Shown here piece by piece: positions 49,910 to 60,348 of a DNA stretch of 64,000 bases. The stretch lies in the NCBI GenBank assembly GCA_963851265.1, contig CAWKNZ010000008.1, positions 1 through 64,000 on the forward strand. Reading direction: 5' to 3'. A program made the translations under genes and the position numbers. The notes below the pieces were generated by a model that saw only the letters and a list, made by a program, of their open reading frames with translations, was not told the origin of the DNA and made no database searches. Position 1 is the first letter of the stretch; every line of letters begins with the position of its first letter. This stretch comes from an uncultured Gemmatimonadales bacterium. Its GTDB lineage: Bacteria; Gemmatimonadota; Gemmatimonadetes; Gemmatimonadales; Gemmatimonadaceae.

Positions 49910-50611
49910 TCACGCGCGCGCGTTGCGGCGGCGGGCGACGAGGCCCAGGGCGCCGAGCCCGGTCGCCAGGAGCGCGTACGTGGCCGGCTCCGGCGTGGTG
50001 ACCGTCGCGGGGACGAGGAACTCCGCCGAGACCGACACGGCCGAGACCACGCCGCCCGAGTTGATCGTGTTGAAGACCTGCGCCGGCGTCAGGCCGGCGA
50101 ACTGCGCCGTGAACACGCCGCTGAACGTCTGCGTGCCCGTGAACGTCGGGCCCGTCGCGATGCCGTTCACCGAGAACGTCGCCGTCGAGCCCTGGGTGCC
50201 GGCCGGGTTGAGCGCGATCGGCCCGAAGGTGACCGTGCCCGGGCTGTTCTGCGTGCCCTGGAGCGTGAAGGTGTAGCCGCCGATCGTGAGGAACGGGCTC
50301 ACCGGCAGCCCGACCACGCCCGCGGGCGAGACCGTGAGGTCGGAGATGATGCCCTGGGTGCCCGGCGTGATACCCGGCAAGAAGATGCCGTTGATCGTCG
50401 GGACCGCGATCACGTTCCCCGTGGGCGTGCCGCCGATGTTCTGGTTGGGGCCCGCGAGGAAGTCGAGCAGCAGGTTCGCCGGGTTGGTCGGCGAATTCTG
50501 GAGATTGACCGAGCCGCTGAAGTTGAGCCGACTCTGGGTTTGCGCCGACGCGACCGACGCGACGGACAACGCGGCGATCGCGGTCGCCGTGATACTGAAC
50601 GTACGGAGCAT
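49910..50611 (-). CDS. PEP-CTERM surface protein
   Basis: Signal peptide, Thr/Gly-rich body, TTPEPATYALLATGLGALGLVARRR tail. Confidence 0.9.
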   Translation of the reverse strand: MLRTFSITATAIAALSVASVASAQTQSRLNFSGSVNLQNSPTNPANLLLDFLAGPNQNIGGTPTGNVIAVPTINGIFLPGITPGTQGIISDLTVSPAGVVGLPVSPFLTIGGYTFTLQGTQNSPGTVTFGPIALNPAGTQGSTATFSVNGIATGPTFTGTQTFSGVFTAQFAGLTPAQVFNTINSGGVVSAVSVSAEFLVPATVTTPEPATYALLATGLGALGLVARRRNARA

Positions 50612-50817
50612 GGCACCCTCGCTTCGGGGATGGACGTGCCGACACCTATCGGCGCGCCCAACGTACGGCCGGCTGGTCCGCTGCACCAGGGCGCATCGGT
50701 CGTTCGCCAGGGATCGGGCGATCCGCCGTGCGCCGAACGGGTCATCGACGGTGTCTGTGGCCTGTCGACCGCCGCAGAGCGGCATCGCGTACGCCCGGGC
50801 TCGCCTCACCGCGCGTG

Positions 50818-51525
50818 TTAGGCGCGCAACTCACGCCGGAGCCAGGCGCGCGCCACGGCCCACTCGCGCTTGACGGTCGCCGGCGAGACGCCGAGCGCGG
50901 CCGCCGTCTCTTCGAGGGTGAGGCCGCCGAAGTAGCGCAGCTCGACGAGCCGCGCCTGTGACGGGTCGAACGCCGCGAGCCGGTCCAGCGCCTCGTGCAG
51001 GGCGAGCACGTCGGCCGTGGCGTCGGGCGCGGCCACGTTCGCGCGGTCGTCGAGCGTGACGCAGACCGCCCCGCCGCCGCGCTTGGCGGCCTGCCGCGCG
51101 CGCGCGTGGTCGACGAGAATCTGCCGCATGAGGTGCGCGGCGGCGGCGAGGAACTGCGTGCGACTCTGCCCCGCGCCGCCCGCCTGCGCGGCGAGGCGCA
51201 GGTAGGCCTCATGTACGAGCGCGGTCGCGCCGAGCGTGTGTCCGGCCGCCTCGCGCCGCATCGCGAGCGCGGCCTGGCGGTGCAGTTCGGCGTAGATGGC
51301 GGGCAGGAGCGCGTCGAGCGCCGCCCGGTCCCCCGCATCGGCCGCGACGATGAGCGCCGTCACGTCGGTCGGAGGGGCGCCGGGGCCCCTGGCATCGGCG
51401 GTCGCCGCGCCGGGCGGCGTCGCGCCGAAGGCGGGCGAGTGGCCGATCCGCGAGCCGAGCGCGGGGGCGCAGGTCGGCGCGGCGGGGAAGGAGGGCAGGG
51501 AGGTGGCGTCCATCGCATCGTCCAT
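50818..51525 (-). CDS. ECF sigma factor (TIGR02999-type); start uncertain
   Basis: YAELHRQA...HTLGATALVHEAYLRL, MRQILVDHAR, LRYFGGLT, TVKREW. Confidence 0.9.
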   Translation of the reverse strand: MDDAMDATSLPSFPAAPTCAPALGSRIGHSPAFGATPPGAATADARGPGAPPTDVTALIVAADAGDRAALDALLPAIYAELHRQAALAMRREAAGHTLGATALVHEAYLRLAAQAGGAGQSRTQFLAAAAHLMRQILVDHARARQAAKRGGGAVCVTLDDRANVAAPDATADVLALHEALDRLAAFDPSQARLVELRYFGGLTLEETAAALGVSPATVKREWAVARAWLRRELRA

Positions 51526-51874
51526 CGGGCAGCCCGCGGTCGGCCGCGCGAGGCGCACGGGTCGCAGGCGTGCGACACGGCCCCCGGCGGGCGCGGGAGA
51601 AGACCGCGCGATGCCGGCTGACACCGCGCGACGATACGGGCCGCCGGGGGCGGCGTCAACACCCCGCGCGCCGCGCCGAGCCGTTTTGGTCGCGCATTCC
51701 GCATAACACGATGGGAGCAGCAAACCCGGGCCACTCTCGGCGGCGTCGTGGCGCCTCCCGGACGAGCGCGCGCCCCGCTCCCGCCCCACACCCTCACGCA
51801 CCGCGCTGCGGCGCGCGACCGCGTCCCACCACCGTCGAGCGCCACCTCAGGCGCCGCATCAGGAGACCCGCATC

Positions 51875-52129
51875 ATGTCCTCGCCCCTGCACACCCGCCG
51901 GACGCGCGCCCAACTGGCCGCGGCCGTCGTGCTCGCCCTCGCCGCCGCCTGCGGCTCGTACGCCGAGCCCACCGCCCCGCCGGTGCCGGCCGGGTCTCTC
52001 GCGGCGGACAGCACGCAGGACCCGACGATCGTCACGCGCGACGGCCGGAGGGCCGGCTGCACCATCAGCGCCGCCGCGGCCGGTGCACTGGTCGCGCCAT
52101 GCGCCGACGGAACCCCGTCGGCGCCGTAG
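51875..52129 (+). CDS. Small lipoprotein
   Basis: AGGAGA RBS; lipobox LAAAC; EPTAP. Confidence 0.55.
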   Translation: MSSPLHTRRTRAQLAAAVVLALAAACGSYAEPTAPPVPAGSLAADSTQDPTIVTRDGRRAGCTISAAAAGALVAPCADGTPSAP

Positions 52130-52241
52130 CCGCGGCCCGGGCCGCGGGCCAAGCCGCGGCCTAACATGCCCGCCGCGTGCCCGGAACCCGGGCCCGAGTC
52201 CGCGGATCCGGGTCCCGGGCACACACGCTGGAGACTCGACC

Positions 52242-52490
52242 GTGTATCCCATCCCCACTCGCATTCCCGCGTCGGCGCAGGCTGGCCGACCCACCCGCGC
52301 CGCGAGCGTCAGGACGGTGCGGGCCGCGGTGATCACCGCGGCGATCGCGACGACCCTCGCCGTCGCGTGCGTGTCCCCGCTCGAACCGGGCGTGCCCGCG
52401 GGCCCGCACGCGCGCGCGCCGGACGAACCCGTGCCGGTTCTCCCGTTGGTCGCGAACGGGGGCGGCGCGCCGGCCTTCAGCACTCCGTGA
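52242..52490 (+). CDS. Small lipoprotein
   Basis: GGAGA RBS, GTG start, lipobox LAVAC then SPLEP. Confidence 0.45.
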   Translation: MYPIPTRIPASAQAGRPTRAASVRTVRAAVITAAIATTLAVACVSPLEPGVPAGPHARAPDEPVPVLPLVANGGGAPAFSTP

Positions 52491-52496
52491 CCGGGC

Positions 52497-52527
52497 CGTG
52501 ATCGCGTCGTGACACGACGCGATCACG
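52497..52527. repeat. Perfect 31-bp palindrome upstream of the phosphatase operon
   Basis: CGTGATCGCGTCGTG-A-CACGACGCGATCACG. Confidence 0.85.
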
Positions 52528-52582
52528 TTATTGCCGCCGCGGGCCCTCCCGCCGCGCGGCACGCTCCCCCGACCGCCTCGTC

Positions 52583-53644
52583 ATGCGCCGCCCGCCCGCG
52601 TCCGCGCTCGTCGTCTCGCTCCTCGCGACCACCGGCGTCGTGCTCGCCTGCACCGACACGACGTCGCCCGCCGTCGACCCCGCCGCCCCGCGATTCACCT
52701 TCGCCGTGATCGGCTGCAATCGCGTCGACGCGGCCGACACGCTCGGCAACACGAGCACGGCCAACCTCGAGCAGCTCACGCGCACGTTCCAGGAGGTCGC
52801 CGCGCTCCCCACGCGCCCGCGCTTCCTCTTCTTCACCGGCGACCTCGTGTTCGGCTACACGCCCGACACGCTGCAGCTCGACCGCGAGCTGCGCGCGTGG
52901 CGTGCCGTCTACGAGGCGTCGCCGCTCCCCGCGCTCGGCGTCGAGCTCGTCGCCATGCCGGGCAACCACGAGGTGCAGAACCTCGCCAAGGTCGCCACCG
53001 CCGCGGCGGAGCGCACGTGGCTGCGCGACATGCAGCCGTACATCACGCGCGGCGGCAACGGGCCCACCGCGGGCGGCGCCGACAACCTGGCCACCGACCA
53101 GAGCAAGCTCACGTACTCGTTCGATTACTCGGGCTCGCACTTCGTCACGATCAACACCGACCCGACCGGCGCGGACTGGCACGCGCCCACCGCGTGGCTC
53201 GGCGCCGACCTCGCCGCGGCCAACGGGCTCGGCGCGCAGCACATTTTCGTATTCGGTCACAAACCCGCGTACTCGTACCCGACGGTCGCGACCGACGGCC
53301 TGTCGAAGTTCCCGGCCTCGCGCGACCAGTACTGGAGCGTGCTCACCGCGAACCACGTCGACGCGATGTTTTCGGCCCACAACCACGTGTACTGGCGTGC
53401 GCAGCCGGCCGCCGGTTCGGCCACGTGGCAGATCATCGCGGGCAACGGCGGCAGCAAGCTCGAGACGACCATCGACCCGACGATCCCGTCGACGGGCGGC
53501 TACTACGGTTTCGTCGTGACCACGGTGCGCAACGACGGGCGCGTGTTCGTGCAGAGCTACGGCCGCGACGTGCCGGCGGCCGGCTACACGGCGCCGTCGT
53601 CGCCGAGCACCGTGCGCGACTCGTTCGACGTGGTCGCGCGGTGA
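52583..53644 (+). CDS. Calcineurin-like metallophosphoesterase lipoprotein
   Basis: Lipobox VLAC; GCNR (replacing GDxH), TGDLV, PGNHE, GHKP, AHNH. Confidence 0.88.
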   Translation: MRRPPASALVVSLLATTGVVLACTDTTSPAVDPAAPRFTFAVIGCNRVDAADTLGNTSTANLEQLTRTFQEVAALPTRPRFLFFTGDLVFGYTPDTLQLDRELRAWRAVYEASPLPALGVELVAMPGNHEVQNLAKVATAAAERTWLRDMQPYITRGGNGPTAGGADNLATDQSKLTYSFDYSGSHFVTINTDPTGADWHAPTAWLGADLAAANGLGAQHIFVFGHKPAYSYPTVATDGLSKFPASRDQYWSVLTANHVDAMFSAHNHVYWRAQPAAGSATWQIIAGNGGSKLETTIDPTIPSTGGYYGFVVTTVRNDGRVFVQSYGRDVPAAGYTAPSSPSTVRDSFDVVAR

Positions 53645-55674
53645 AGCGGCCGCGCGCCGCGCTCGCCCGCGGCGCGCTCGACCGCGGCCTGCTCGGCAGC
53701 GGCGTGCTCGCGGGCGTGCTCGCGGTGATCGCGATCGCGCGTGCGCCGACGGTTCGTGCCCTGACGGTCCGCACCCTGACGGTCCGCACCCTCACGGCTC
53801 GCGCGGGCGGTCAGGGTGCGCCGACGCGGCCGGTGCCCGTGCAGGTCGACGGCCGCGCGCCCGGCGCGAACGGCGGGCCGCTCGGGGCGCGGCTGCGCGA
53901 CGACGTCGTGGCGCTCGACTCCGCCCTCGCGGGCCTGCCGCGGTGCGCGGGGCGGGGGACCGGCGGTGCGGCGTGCGCCGCGCGCGCTTTCGCCGACGCG
54001 CGCGCGGCGTACAAGCGTCAGGAGGCGCTGGTCGAACTACTCGCCCCGGCGGCGGCGACCGCGCTCAACGGCCGCCGGCAGGAGGTGGACGACGACGATG
54101 CCGCGCCGCCCGGTGCGACCGCGTCGGCCTTCGCGGCGGTCGAGCGCGCGTTGGCTGCTCCCGCGCCCGACTGGCGCGCGGCCGCGGAGGGCGTGCGGGG
54201 GGGACGCGAGGCGGTGCACACGCTCCTCGCGCAGCTCGGCGACTTCCGCATCTCGCCCCCGCTCGTCTTCGAGGCGGCGCAGCTGGAGGTGGCGCGCGTC
54301 GCCACCCTCGGCGTGACCGGGTTCGACACGCCCGACACGCGAGCCGGCGTCGGCGAGTCGGCGGTCGCGCTGCGCGGGGCCGCGGCCCTCGTCGCGGCGA
54401 CCGTGCCGGCTCCCGCCGCGGCACGCGCCGTTGCGTCGCTCGAACGTGCCGCGCGCTACGCGGCGACACGGCCCGACTTCGCGCGCTTCGACCGCCTCAC
54501 GTTCATCGCCGACTACACCGAGCCCGCGCTGCGCGAGCTGGAGCGGGCGCGGCGTTCGGCCGGCGTCCCCCGCGTCGAACGCCCGCGCGCGTGGACGGGC
54601 ACGACCCTGTTCGAGCGCGGCGCGTTCGACGTGCGCGCCTACGCGCCCGAGGCCGCCCCTCGCGCGACGCCGGCCCTCGTGGCCCTCGGCGCGCGCCTGT
54701 TCGCCGACCCCGCACTCTCGGGCGACGGGTCGCGCGCGTGTGCGAGCTGTCACGTGCCGGCCCGCGCGTTCGCCGACGGCCGCCGTGCGCCCGCGGTCGT
54801 GCGGGGCGTCGCCGGACACGTCGCCGCCGGGGGCGTCGCGCTGCGCAACACGCCGTCCCTGCTCGCCGTCGCGTACGAGCCCGCGCTCTTCGCCGACGCG
54901 CGCGCGGTCACGCTCGAGGACCAGGCGGCCGCCGTGCTCGCCAGCGCGCCCGAGATGGGGAGCAGCGCGGAGCGCGCGGCGGCGCGCGTCGCGCGCGAGC
55001 CGACCTACGCGGCCGCGTTCCGCGGCGCGTTGGGCGCCGCCCCCACCCCGCTCGGCGTTCGGCAGGCGCTCGCGGCGTACGTGCGCTCGCTCGGGCGTAC
55101 CGAGTCGCGCGTGGACCGCGCGTTCCGCGGCGACCGCGGCGCGCTCACGGCCGAAGAGCGCCGCGGCGCATCGCTCTTCCTCGGGCGCGCGGGGTGCGGC
55201 ACGTGTCACTACGCGCCCCTCTTCAGCGGCGCGACGCCGCCGCTGTTCCGGTCGGTCGACGCGGAAGTGCTCGGCGTCCCCGCCGTGGGCGCCCGGCGCG
55301 TCGACCCCGACCCCGGTCGCGGCGCGGTCGACGGCCGGCCCGAACACCTCCACGCGTTCAAGACGCCCACCCTGCGCAACGTCGCGCGGACCGCGCCGTA
55401 CATGCACAACGGGGCGTTCGCGACGCTCGACGCGGTGGTGCGGTTCTACGACGACGGCGGCGGGCGGGGGCGCGGCCTGCGCGTGCCCAACCAGACGCTG
55501 CCCGCGCGGCGGTTGCAGCTGACGGTAGACGAACGCCGCGCGCTCGTCGCGTTCCTGCGCGCGCTGAACGACGAGCCGGGCTCTGCTGTCGGTCCGTCCC
55601 CCCCGACGGTCGCGCGCCGCGACACGTCCGTTACCCGTTCGTCGGTCGATCGCGACAGAACGCGGAGACGTTAG
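53641..55674 (+). CDS. Diheme CcP/MauG-family protein with N-terminal helical domain, paralog 1
   Basis: CASCH, RNTPSL, PEMG, CGTCH, FKTPTLRNVARTAPYMHNG; GTGA overlap with the upstream gene. Confidence 0.9.
   Translation: MKRPRAALARGALDRGLLGSGVLAGVLAVIAIARAPTVRALTVRTLTVRTLTARAGGQGAPTRPVPVQVDGRAPGANGGPLGARLRDDVVALDSALAGLPRCAGRGTGGAACAARAFADARAAYKRQEALVELLAPAAATALNGRRQEVDDDDAAPPGATASAFAAVERALAAPAPDWRAAAEGVRGGREAVHTLLAQLGDFRISPPLVFEAAQLEVARVATLGVTGFDTPDTRAGVGESAVALRGAAALVAATVPAPAAARAVASLERAARYAATRPDFARFDRLTFIADYTEPALRELERARRSAGVPRVERPRAWTGTTLFERGAFDVRAYAPEAAPRATPALVALGARLFADPALSGDGSRACASCHVPARAFADGRRAPAVVRGVAGHVAAGGVALRNTPSLLAVAYEPALFADARAVTLEDQAAAVLASAPEMGSSAERAAARVAREPTYAAAFRGALGAAPTPLGVRQALAAYVRSLGRTESRVDRAFRGDRGALTAEERRGASLFLGRAGCGTCHYAPLFSGATPPLFRSVDAEVLGVPAVGARRVDPDPGRGAVDGRPEHLHAFKTPTLRNVARTAPYMHNGAFATLDAVVRFYDDGGGRGRGLRVPNQTLPARRLQLTVDERRALVAFLRALNDEPGSAVGPSPPTVARRDTSVTRSSVDRDRTRRR
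53761..53790 (+). repeat. In-frame 15-bp tandem repeat
   Basis: CTGACGGTCCGCACC x2 with degenerate flanking copies (TVRAL/TVRTL/TVRTL). Confidence 0.8.
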
Positions 55675-55770
55675 ACCGGAGCGGTGGGGCGCGCACGGTC
55701 GCGCCCCGCCGCGCCCCGCCCGCGCCCGCGTCCGAAGGACGGACCCGGCCCGCGCGCCCCGCCCCCGCTC

Positions 55771-57774
55771 ATGCCCCGTGCGACCCGGCATGCGCGCGCG
55801 GCCGGTTCCGTCCTCCTCGGCGCCGCCATCGGCGCCGGCGGTTGGACGGCCGCCCGCCCGCGCGCGATGCCGCCCCACCACTCGCCCGTCGCGTCCGCCC
55901 CGCGCGCCACGCCGCTCTGGCACGTCGACGCCGCGCTGTCGGCCCGGCTGCGCGGCCGCGTCGCGGGCGGGCTCGACACGCTCGACGGCGCGCTCGTCCG
56001 GCTCGCGGGCGCGCAGGCGGCGGACGCACGCCGCGATGCCTACCGCACCGCACGAGCCGCGTACAAGCGACTCGAGGGCGTGCTCGCCTACTTCGCGCCC
56101 CGCGAAGCGCTCGCCCTCGACGGCACGGAGGCCGAGGAGGGGGACGACAACCCCGACGCGGGGCGCGTCGTCACGCACGGGTTTCCGCGCATCGAGCGGC
56201 GCGTGTTCGTCGCGCCCGCCGCCCGCGGCGCGGCCGTGTTAGGCGCGCGCGACTCGGTGCGGGCGGAGGTGGCGCGCGCGCGCGGTGCGCTCGCCCGCGT
56301 GCGGGGCGCGCTCCCCTACCTCGCCGCCGCGGACGCGCAGCTGCTCGACGTGGCGCGCCTGGAGCTGGCGCGCGTGTGCACGCTCGGCATCGCGGGCACC
56401 GACGACGGCCCGGCCGGCGCCGCGATGCTCGACGCCGCAGCCGCCGTCGACGGCGTGCGCGCGCTCGTCGCCGACGCGGCGGACGCGGCCGGGGCGCCCC
56501 CGGCCGACGCGCGCGCGGCCGACGCGCGCCTCCGGGACGCGGCGGCCTACCTCCGCGCGCACCCGCGGTTCGCGACGTTCGACCGCTTCGCGTTCGTGAC
56601 CACGCGCGCGAACCCCGCGTTCGCCGCGCTCGCGGCCGTGGCCGCGCGCGTGCCGGCGCCCGCCGTGGCACTGCGCCAGGCGTGGCCCCGCGGCGTGGCG
56701 AGCGTGTACGACGCCCGCGCCTTCGACGCGATGGCGTTCGCCGCCGCGGACGCGCCCCGGCCGACCGCGGCGTGGGTCGCGCTCGGCCGCGCCCTCTTCG
56801 CCGACCCGGCGCTCTCGGGCGACGGCCGCCGCGCGTGCGCGTCGTGCCACCTGCCGGCGCGCGCGTTCACCGACGGCCGCGCGCGCGCGGCGGCGCTGGC
56901 ACCCGCGCGCGGCGCGGCCGTCGGCGAACGCGCGCTGCGCCACACGCCGCGCCTGGCGTACGCGGCGTGGCAGCCCGCGCAGTTCGCCGACGCGCGCGCG
57001 GCCACGCTCGAAGCGCAGGTCGACAGCGTGCTCGCGAGTCCGTCGGAGATGGGCAGCTCGACCGACGCCGCGGCCGCGCGCCTCGCGCACCGCGTCGCGT
57101 ACCGGCAGGCGTTCGCCGCGGCAACGGGCGCGCCGCCCGCGGCCGCCGTGACGCCGCACGCCGTGCGCGAGGCGCTCGCGGCGTACCTGCGCTCGCTCGG
57201 GCGGTTCGACTCGCGCTTCGACCGCGCCGTGCGCGGCGACGCCGGCGCCGCGCTGACGGGCGACGAGCGCCGCGGGTTCAACCTGTTCATGGGGCGCGCG
57301 CGCTGCGGCACGTGCCACTTCGCGCCGTTCTTCAACGGGACGGCACCGCCCGACTTCGCGACGTCGGCGGTCGAGGTACTCGGCGTGCCCGGGCGCTACC
57401 CCGTTCCGCCTAACGCCGTCCGCCCCCCGCCGGTCGACGCCGATTCCGGGCGCGCCGCGCTCGACCGCCTCGACGGACACCTGCACGCGTTCAAGACCCC
57501 ATCCGTGCGCGGCGCCGCGCACGGCGGCCCGTTCATGCACAACGGCGCCCTCCGCACGCTCGACGACGTGCTCGACTTCTACGACCGCGGCGGCGGCGCC
57601 GGGCTCGGCGCGGCCGTGCCCAACCAGACGCTCCCGCGCGAGCCGCTCCACCTCACCGCGCGCGACCGCCGCGCGCTCGTCGCGTTCCTCCGCGCGCTCG
57701 ACGAACCCGTCGGCGCGTACCCCGCCGCCCCCGGCGAACCGCCCCACCCACCAGCTCCGACCTCTACCCGATGA
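55771..57774 (+). CDS. Diheme CcP/MauG-family protein, paralog 2
   Basis: [28 protein letters not shown]...PFMHNG. Confidence 0.9.
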   Translation: MPRATRHARAAGSVLLGAAIGAGGWTAARPRAMPPHHSPVASAPRATPLWHVDAALSARLRGRVAGGLDTLDGALVRLAGAQAADARRDAYRTARAAYKRLEGVLAYFAPREALALDGTEAEEGDDNPDAGRVVTHGFPRIERRVFVAPAARGAAVLGARDSVRAEVARARGALARVRGALPYLAAADAQLLDVARLELARVCTLGIAGTDDGPAGAAMLDAAAAVDGVRALVADAADAAGAPPADARAADARLRDAAAYLRAHPRFATFDRFAFVTTRANPAFAALAAVAARVPAPAVALRQAWPRGVASVYDARAFDAMAFAAADAPRPTAAWVALGRALFADPALSGDGRRACASCHLPARAFTDGRARAAALAPARGAAVGERALRHTPRLAYAAWQPAQFADARAATLEAQVDSVLASPSEMGSSTDAAAARLAHRVAYRQAFAAATGAPPAAAVTPHAVREALAAYLRSLGRFDSRFDRAVRGDAGAALTGDERRGFNLFMGRARCGTCHFAPFFNGTAPPDFATSAVEVLGVPGRYPVPPNAVRPPPVDADSGRAALDRLDGHLHAFKTPSVRGAAHGGPFMHNGALRTLDDVLDFYDRGGGAGLGAAVPNQTLPREPLHLTARDRRALVAFLRALDEPVGAYPAAPGEPPHPPAPTSTR

Positions 57775-59138
57775 CCAGTCGTTTCACGCTTCGCGCCGCC
57801 GCCGGCATCGGCGCCGCGTGCGCCGCGGCCGCCTTCGCCGCCTCGTGCGATAGCAGCACCGCGCCCGTCTCCGCCGCCGCCTCCGACGTTTCGAAGGTCA
57901 ACCACGTCGTCGTCATCTACCTCGAGAACCGCTCGTTCGACAACACCTACGGCGAGTTCGCCGGCGCCGAGGGGCTGAGCGCGGGCGCGGCGCGCGCGAC
58001 CCAGGTGAACCTCGCCGGGCAGGCGTACACCACGCTGCCGCAGGTGACCGGCTCGCCCGTCCCGGCCACGCTGCCCAACGCGTCGTTCGACATCGCCCAG
58101 TTCGTGCCGCCGTCGACGCCCACGCGCGACCTCGTGCACCGCTACTACCAGGAGCAGCAGCAGATCGACGGCGGCAAGATGGACAAGTACGTCGCGGTGA
58201 GCGACGCGCAGGGGCTGTCGATGGGCTACTACCACACCGCGGTGCTGCCGCTTGCCGCCGAGGCCGCCAAGTACACGCTCGCCGACCACTTCTTCCACTC
58301 GGCGTTCGGCGGCTCGTTCCTGAACCACATGTACCTCATCGCCGCGGCCGCGCCCGTGTTCCCCAACGCGCCCGCGAGCATCGTCGCCAAGCTCGACGGC
58401 AGCGGCGCCCTGCTCACGGACGGCGCGGTGACCCCCGACGGATTCGTCGTGAACACGTCGTACACGGTCAACTCGCCGCACCCCGCCAGCGCCGCCGCCG
58501 CGAACCTCGTCCCCGTGCAGACCCTACCGACGATCGGCGACCGGCTGTCGGACAAGAACGTGAGCTGGGCCTGGTACTCGGGCGGCTGGAACAACGCCAT
58601 CGCGGGCACGCCGGACGCGACGTTCCAGTTCCACCACCAGCCGTTCGCGTACTTCGCCAACTACGCCGACGGCACCCCGGGGCGCGCCGCGCACCTCAAG
58701 GACGAGACCGACTTCGTCGCCGCCGCGCAGGCCGGCACGCTCCCGGCGGTGTCGTTCGTCAAGCCGTTAGGCGTCAACAACGAGCACCCGGGCTACGCCG
58801 ACATCCTCACCGGCGAGAACCACGTGGTGCAGCTCATCAACGCGGTGCGCAACGGCCCCAACTGGAAGGACGCCGCGATCATCATCACCTACGACGAGAA
58901 CGGCGGCTTCTGGGACCACGTCGCCCCGCCCACGGTCGACAAGTGGGGCCCGGGCACGCGCGTGCCCGCGCTCGTCATCTCGCCGTTCGCGAAGAAGGGC
59001 TACGTCGACCACACCACGTACGAGACGACGTCGATCCTCGCGTTCCTCGAGAAGCGCTACGGGCTCGCCCCGCTCGCCACGCACGACGCGCAGGCGGCCA
59101 ACATGCTCTCGGCGTTCGACTTCTCGCAGACCCCCTGA
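57771..59138 (+). CDS. acpA: AcpA/phospholipase C-family phosphoesterase lipoprotein
   Basis: [50 protein letters not shown]. Confidence 0.9.
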   Translation: MTSRFTLRAAAGIGAACAAAAFAASCDSSTAPVSAAASDVSKVNHVVVIYLENRSFDNTYGEFAGAEGLSAGAARATQVNLAGQAYTTLPQVTGSPVPATLPNASFDIAQFVPPSTPTRDLVHRYYQEQQQIDGGKMDKYVAVSDAQGLSMGYYHTAVLPLAAEAAKYTLADHFFHSAFGGSFLNHMYLIAAAAPVFPNAPASIVAKLDGSGALLTDGAVTPDGFVVNTSYTVNSPHPASAAAANLVPVQTLPTIGDRLSDKNVSWAWYSGGWNNAIAGTPDATFQFHHQPFAYFANYADGTPGRAAHLKDETDFVAAAQAGTLPAVSFVKPLGVNNEHPGYADILTGENHVVQLINAVRNGPNWKDAAIIITYDENGGFWDHVAPPTVDKWGPGTRVPALVISPFAKKGYVDHTTYETTSILAFLEKRYGLAPLATHDAQAANMLSAFDFSQTP

Positions 59139-59267
59139 TCCACGCCGCGCGACGCCGGCGCGTGCCGGGCCGCCGCCAGCGGCCGGGCGCGCGGGCGTAG
59201 CGCGGAGCCAGCGGGGCGGCGTCGGCGGGGCGGTTGCGCGACGGCGGAGCGGGTGAGACGTTCGGGG

Positions 59268-59741
59268 ATGACAACCCCGCCGCCCGTGTCCGCCGAGCCC
59301 CCGTTCGTCTTCCGCGACCCCGGCGAGCTGCGCGACGGCGAGCTGACGCTCGTGCTCGACTACCGCTCGCCGGCCGACCCCGCGCGCGGCTGGATCCCGA
59401 CCTACCACTTCTCGCTCCACGTCGACGGTCGGCGCGTGGGCGGGATCGAGTTGCGCGTCGACCTGGCCGGCGCGCTCGACCACACGACGGGGCACTTCGG
59501 CTACTTCGTCGAGCCGGCGTCGCGCGGGCGCGCGCTCGCGGCGCGCGCGGCGCGCCTCGTGCTGCCGCTCGCCCGGGCGCACGGGCTCGATCCGCTGTGG
59601 ATCCTGTGCGAGCCCGACAACCTCGCGTCGCGCCGCACCTGCGAGCGGCTCGGCGCGGTGCTGGCTCCCGCGGAGGCGGGCGCAGCGGCGGGGGCGCGCT
59701 GCCGGTATCGCCTGGACGCGGCCGCCCCGCCCGAGCGTTAG
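59268..59741 (+). CDS. GNAT-family acetyltransferase
   Basis: GHFGYFVEPASRGRALA, CEPDNLASRRTCERLG. Confidence 0.85.
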   Translation: MTTPPPVSAEPPFVFRDPGELRDGELTLVLDYRSPADPARGWIPTYHFSLHVDGRRVGGIELRVDLAGALDHTTGHFGYFVEPASRGRALAARAARLVLPLARAHGLDPLWILCEPDNLASRRTCERLGAVLAPAEAGAAAGARCRYRLDAAAPPER

Positions 59742-59754
59742 GCGCGCGCGGGCG

Positions 59755-60348
59755 TCAGGCGTGCGGCCCGCACGCGTCGGCGAGGCGCGCGGCCAGGTCC
59801 ACCCCGCCGTCGCGCTGTCGCAGCCCGTTGAGGTGGGCGAACTCGTGGCGCGCGGTCTGGAGGATGGCCGGCAGGCCGCGGTCGGGGTTCAGCCGGTCGT
59901 ACCCGCGCGCGATGTGGACCGTGCCGTATTCCGCCGCGACCCCGGCCGGGTGCGCGTCGCCGGTGACCGGCATGACCTGGCCGTCCTCGTCCGTTTCGCG
60001 CCACATGTAGTCGATCATCCGTACGTCGCCCGCGTGCTCGCGCATCGTCGCGCCGAGCGCGTGGCACTGCCGCCCGAGCGCCGTGGTGTCGGCGGCGTAT
60101 CCGGTGAGGAGGCGGTCGGCTTCGGCGACGATCGCGGCGTGCTCCGCCTCGGTCGGCCGGGTGAGCGCGCACCACGCCGGATTGCAGCGCCCGTGACGGG
60201 CCGGAGCAGGTGACGGCGCACGCCCGGTGACACCCGGCCGGAGCGCGGCGAGCCCGGCCGCCGCGCGGGCCGAGGGCACGCCGAGGAGGGAAGCGAGGAG
60301 GGCGCCCGCGTAGAGCGGGCGCCGGAGTGAGGCGCGCGCGAGGATCAC
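59755..60348 (-). CDS. Secreted hypothetical protein with HExxH motif
   Basis: Signal-like N-terminus; ARHEFAHLNG; four Cys. Confidence 0.55.
   Translation of the reverse strand: MILARASLRRPLYAGALLASLLGVPSARAAAGLAALRPGVTGRAPSPAPARHGRCNPAWCALTRPTEAEHAAIVAEADRLLTGYAADTTALGRQCHALGATMREHAGDVRMIDYMWRETDEDGQVMPVTGDAHPAGVAAEYGTVHIARGYDRLNPDRGLPAILQTARHEFAHLNGLRQRDGGVDLAARLADACGPHA

Noticed and set aside
50612..50817. Sigma-54 promoter for the PEP-CTERM gene
   Set aside because: The best TGGC...TGC candidate has GG-N12-GC spacing, not N10.
52531..53640. N-terminal extension making diheme paralog 1 a 1047-aa protein
   Set aside because: Overlaps the metallophosphoesterase out of frame; GTG at 53641 gives a coupled start.
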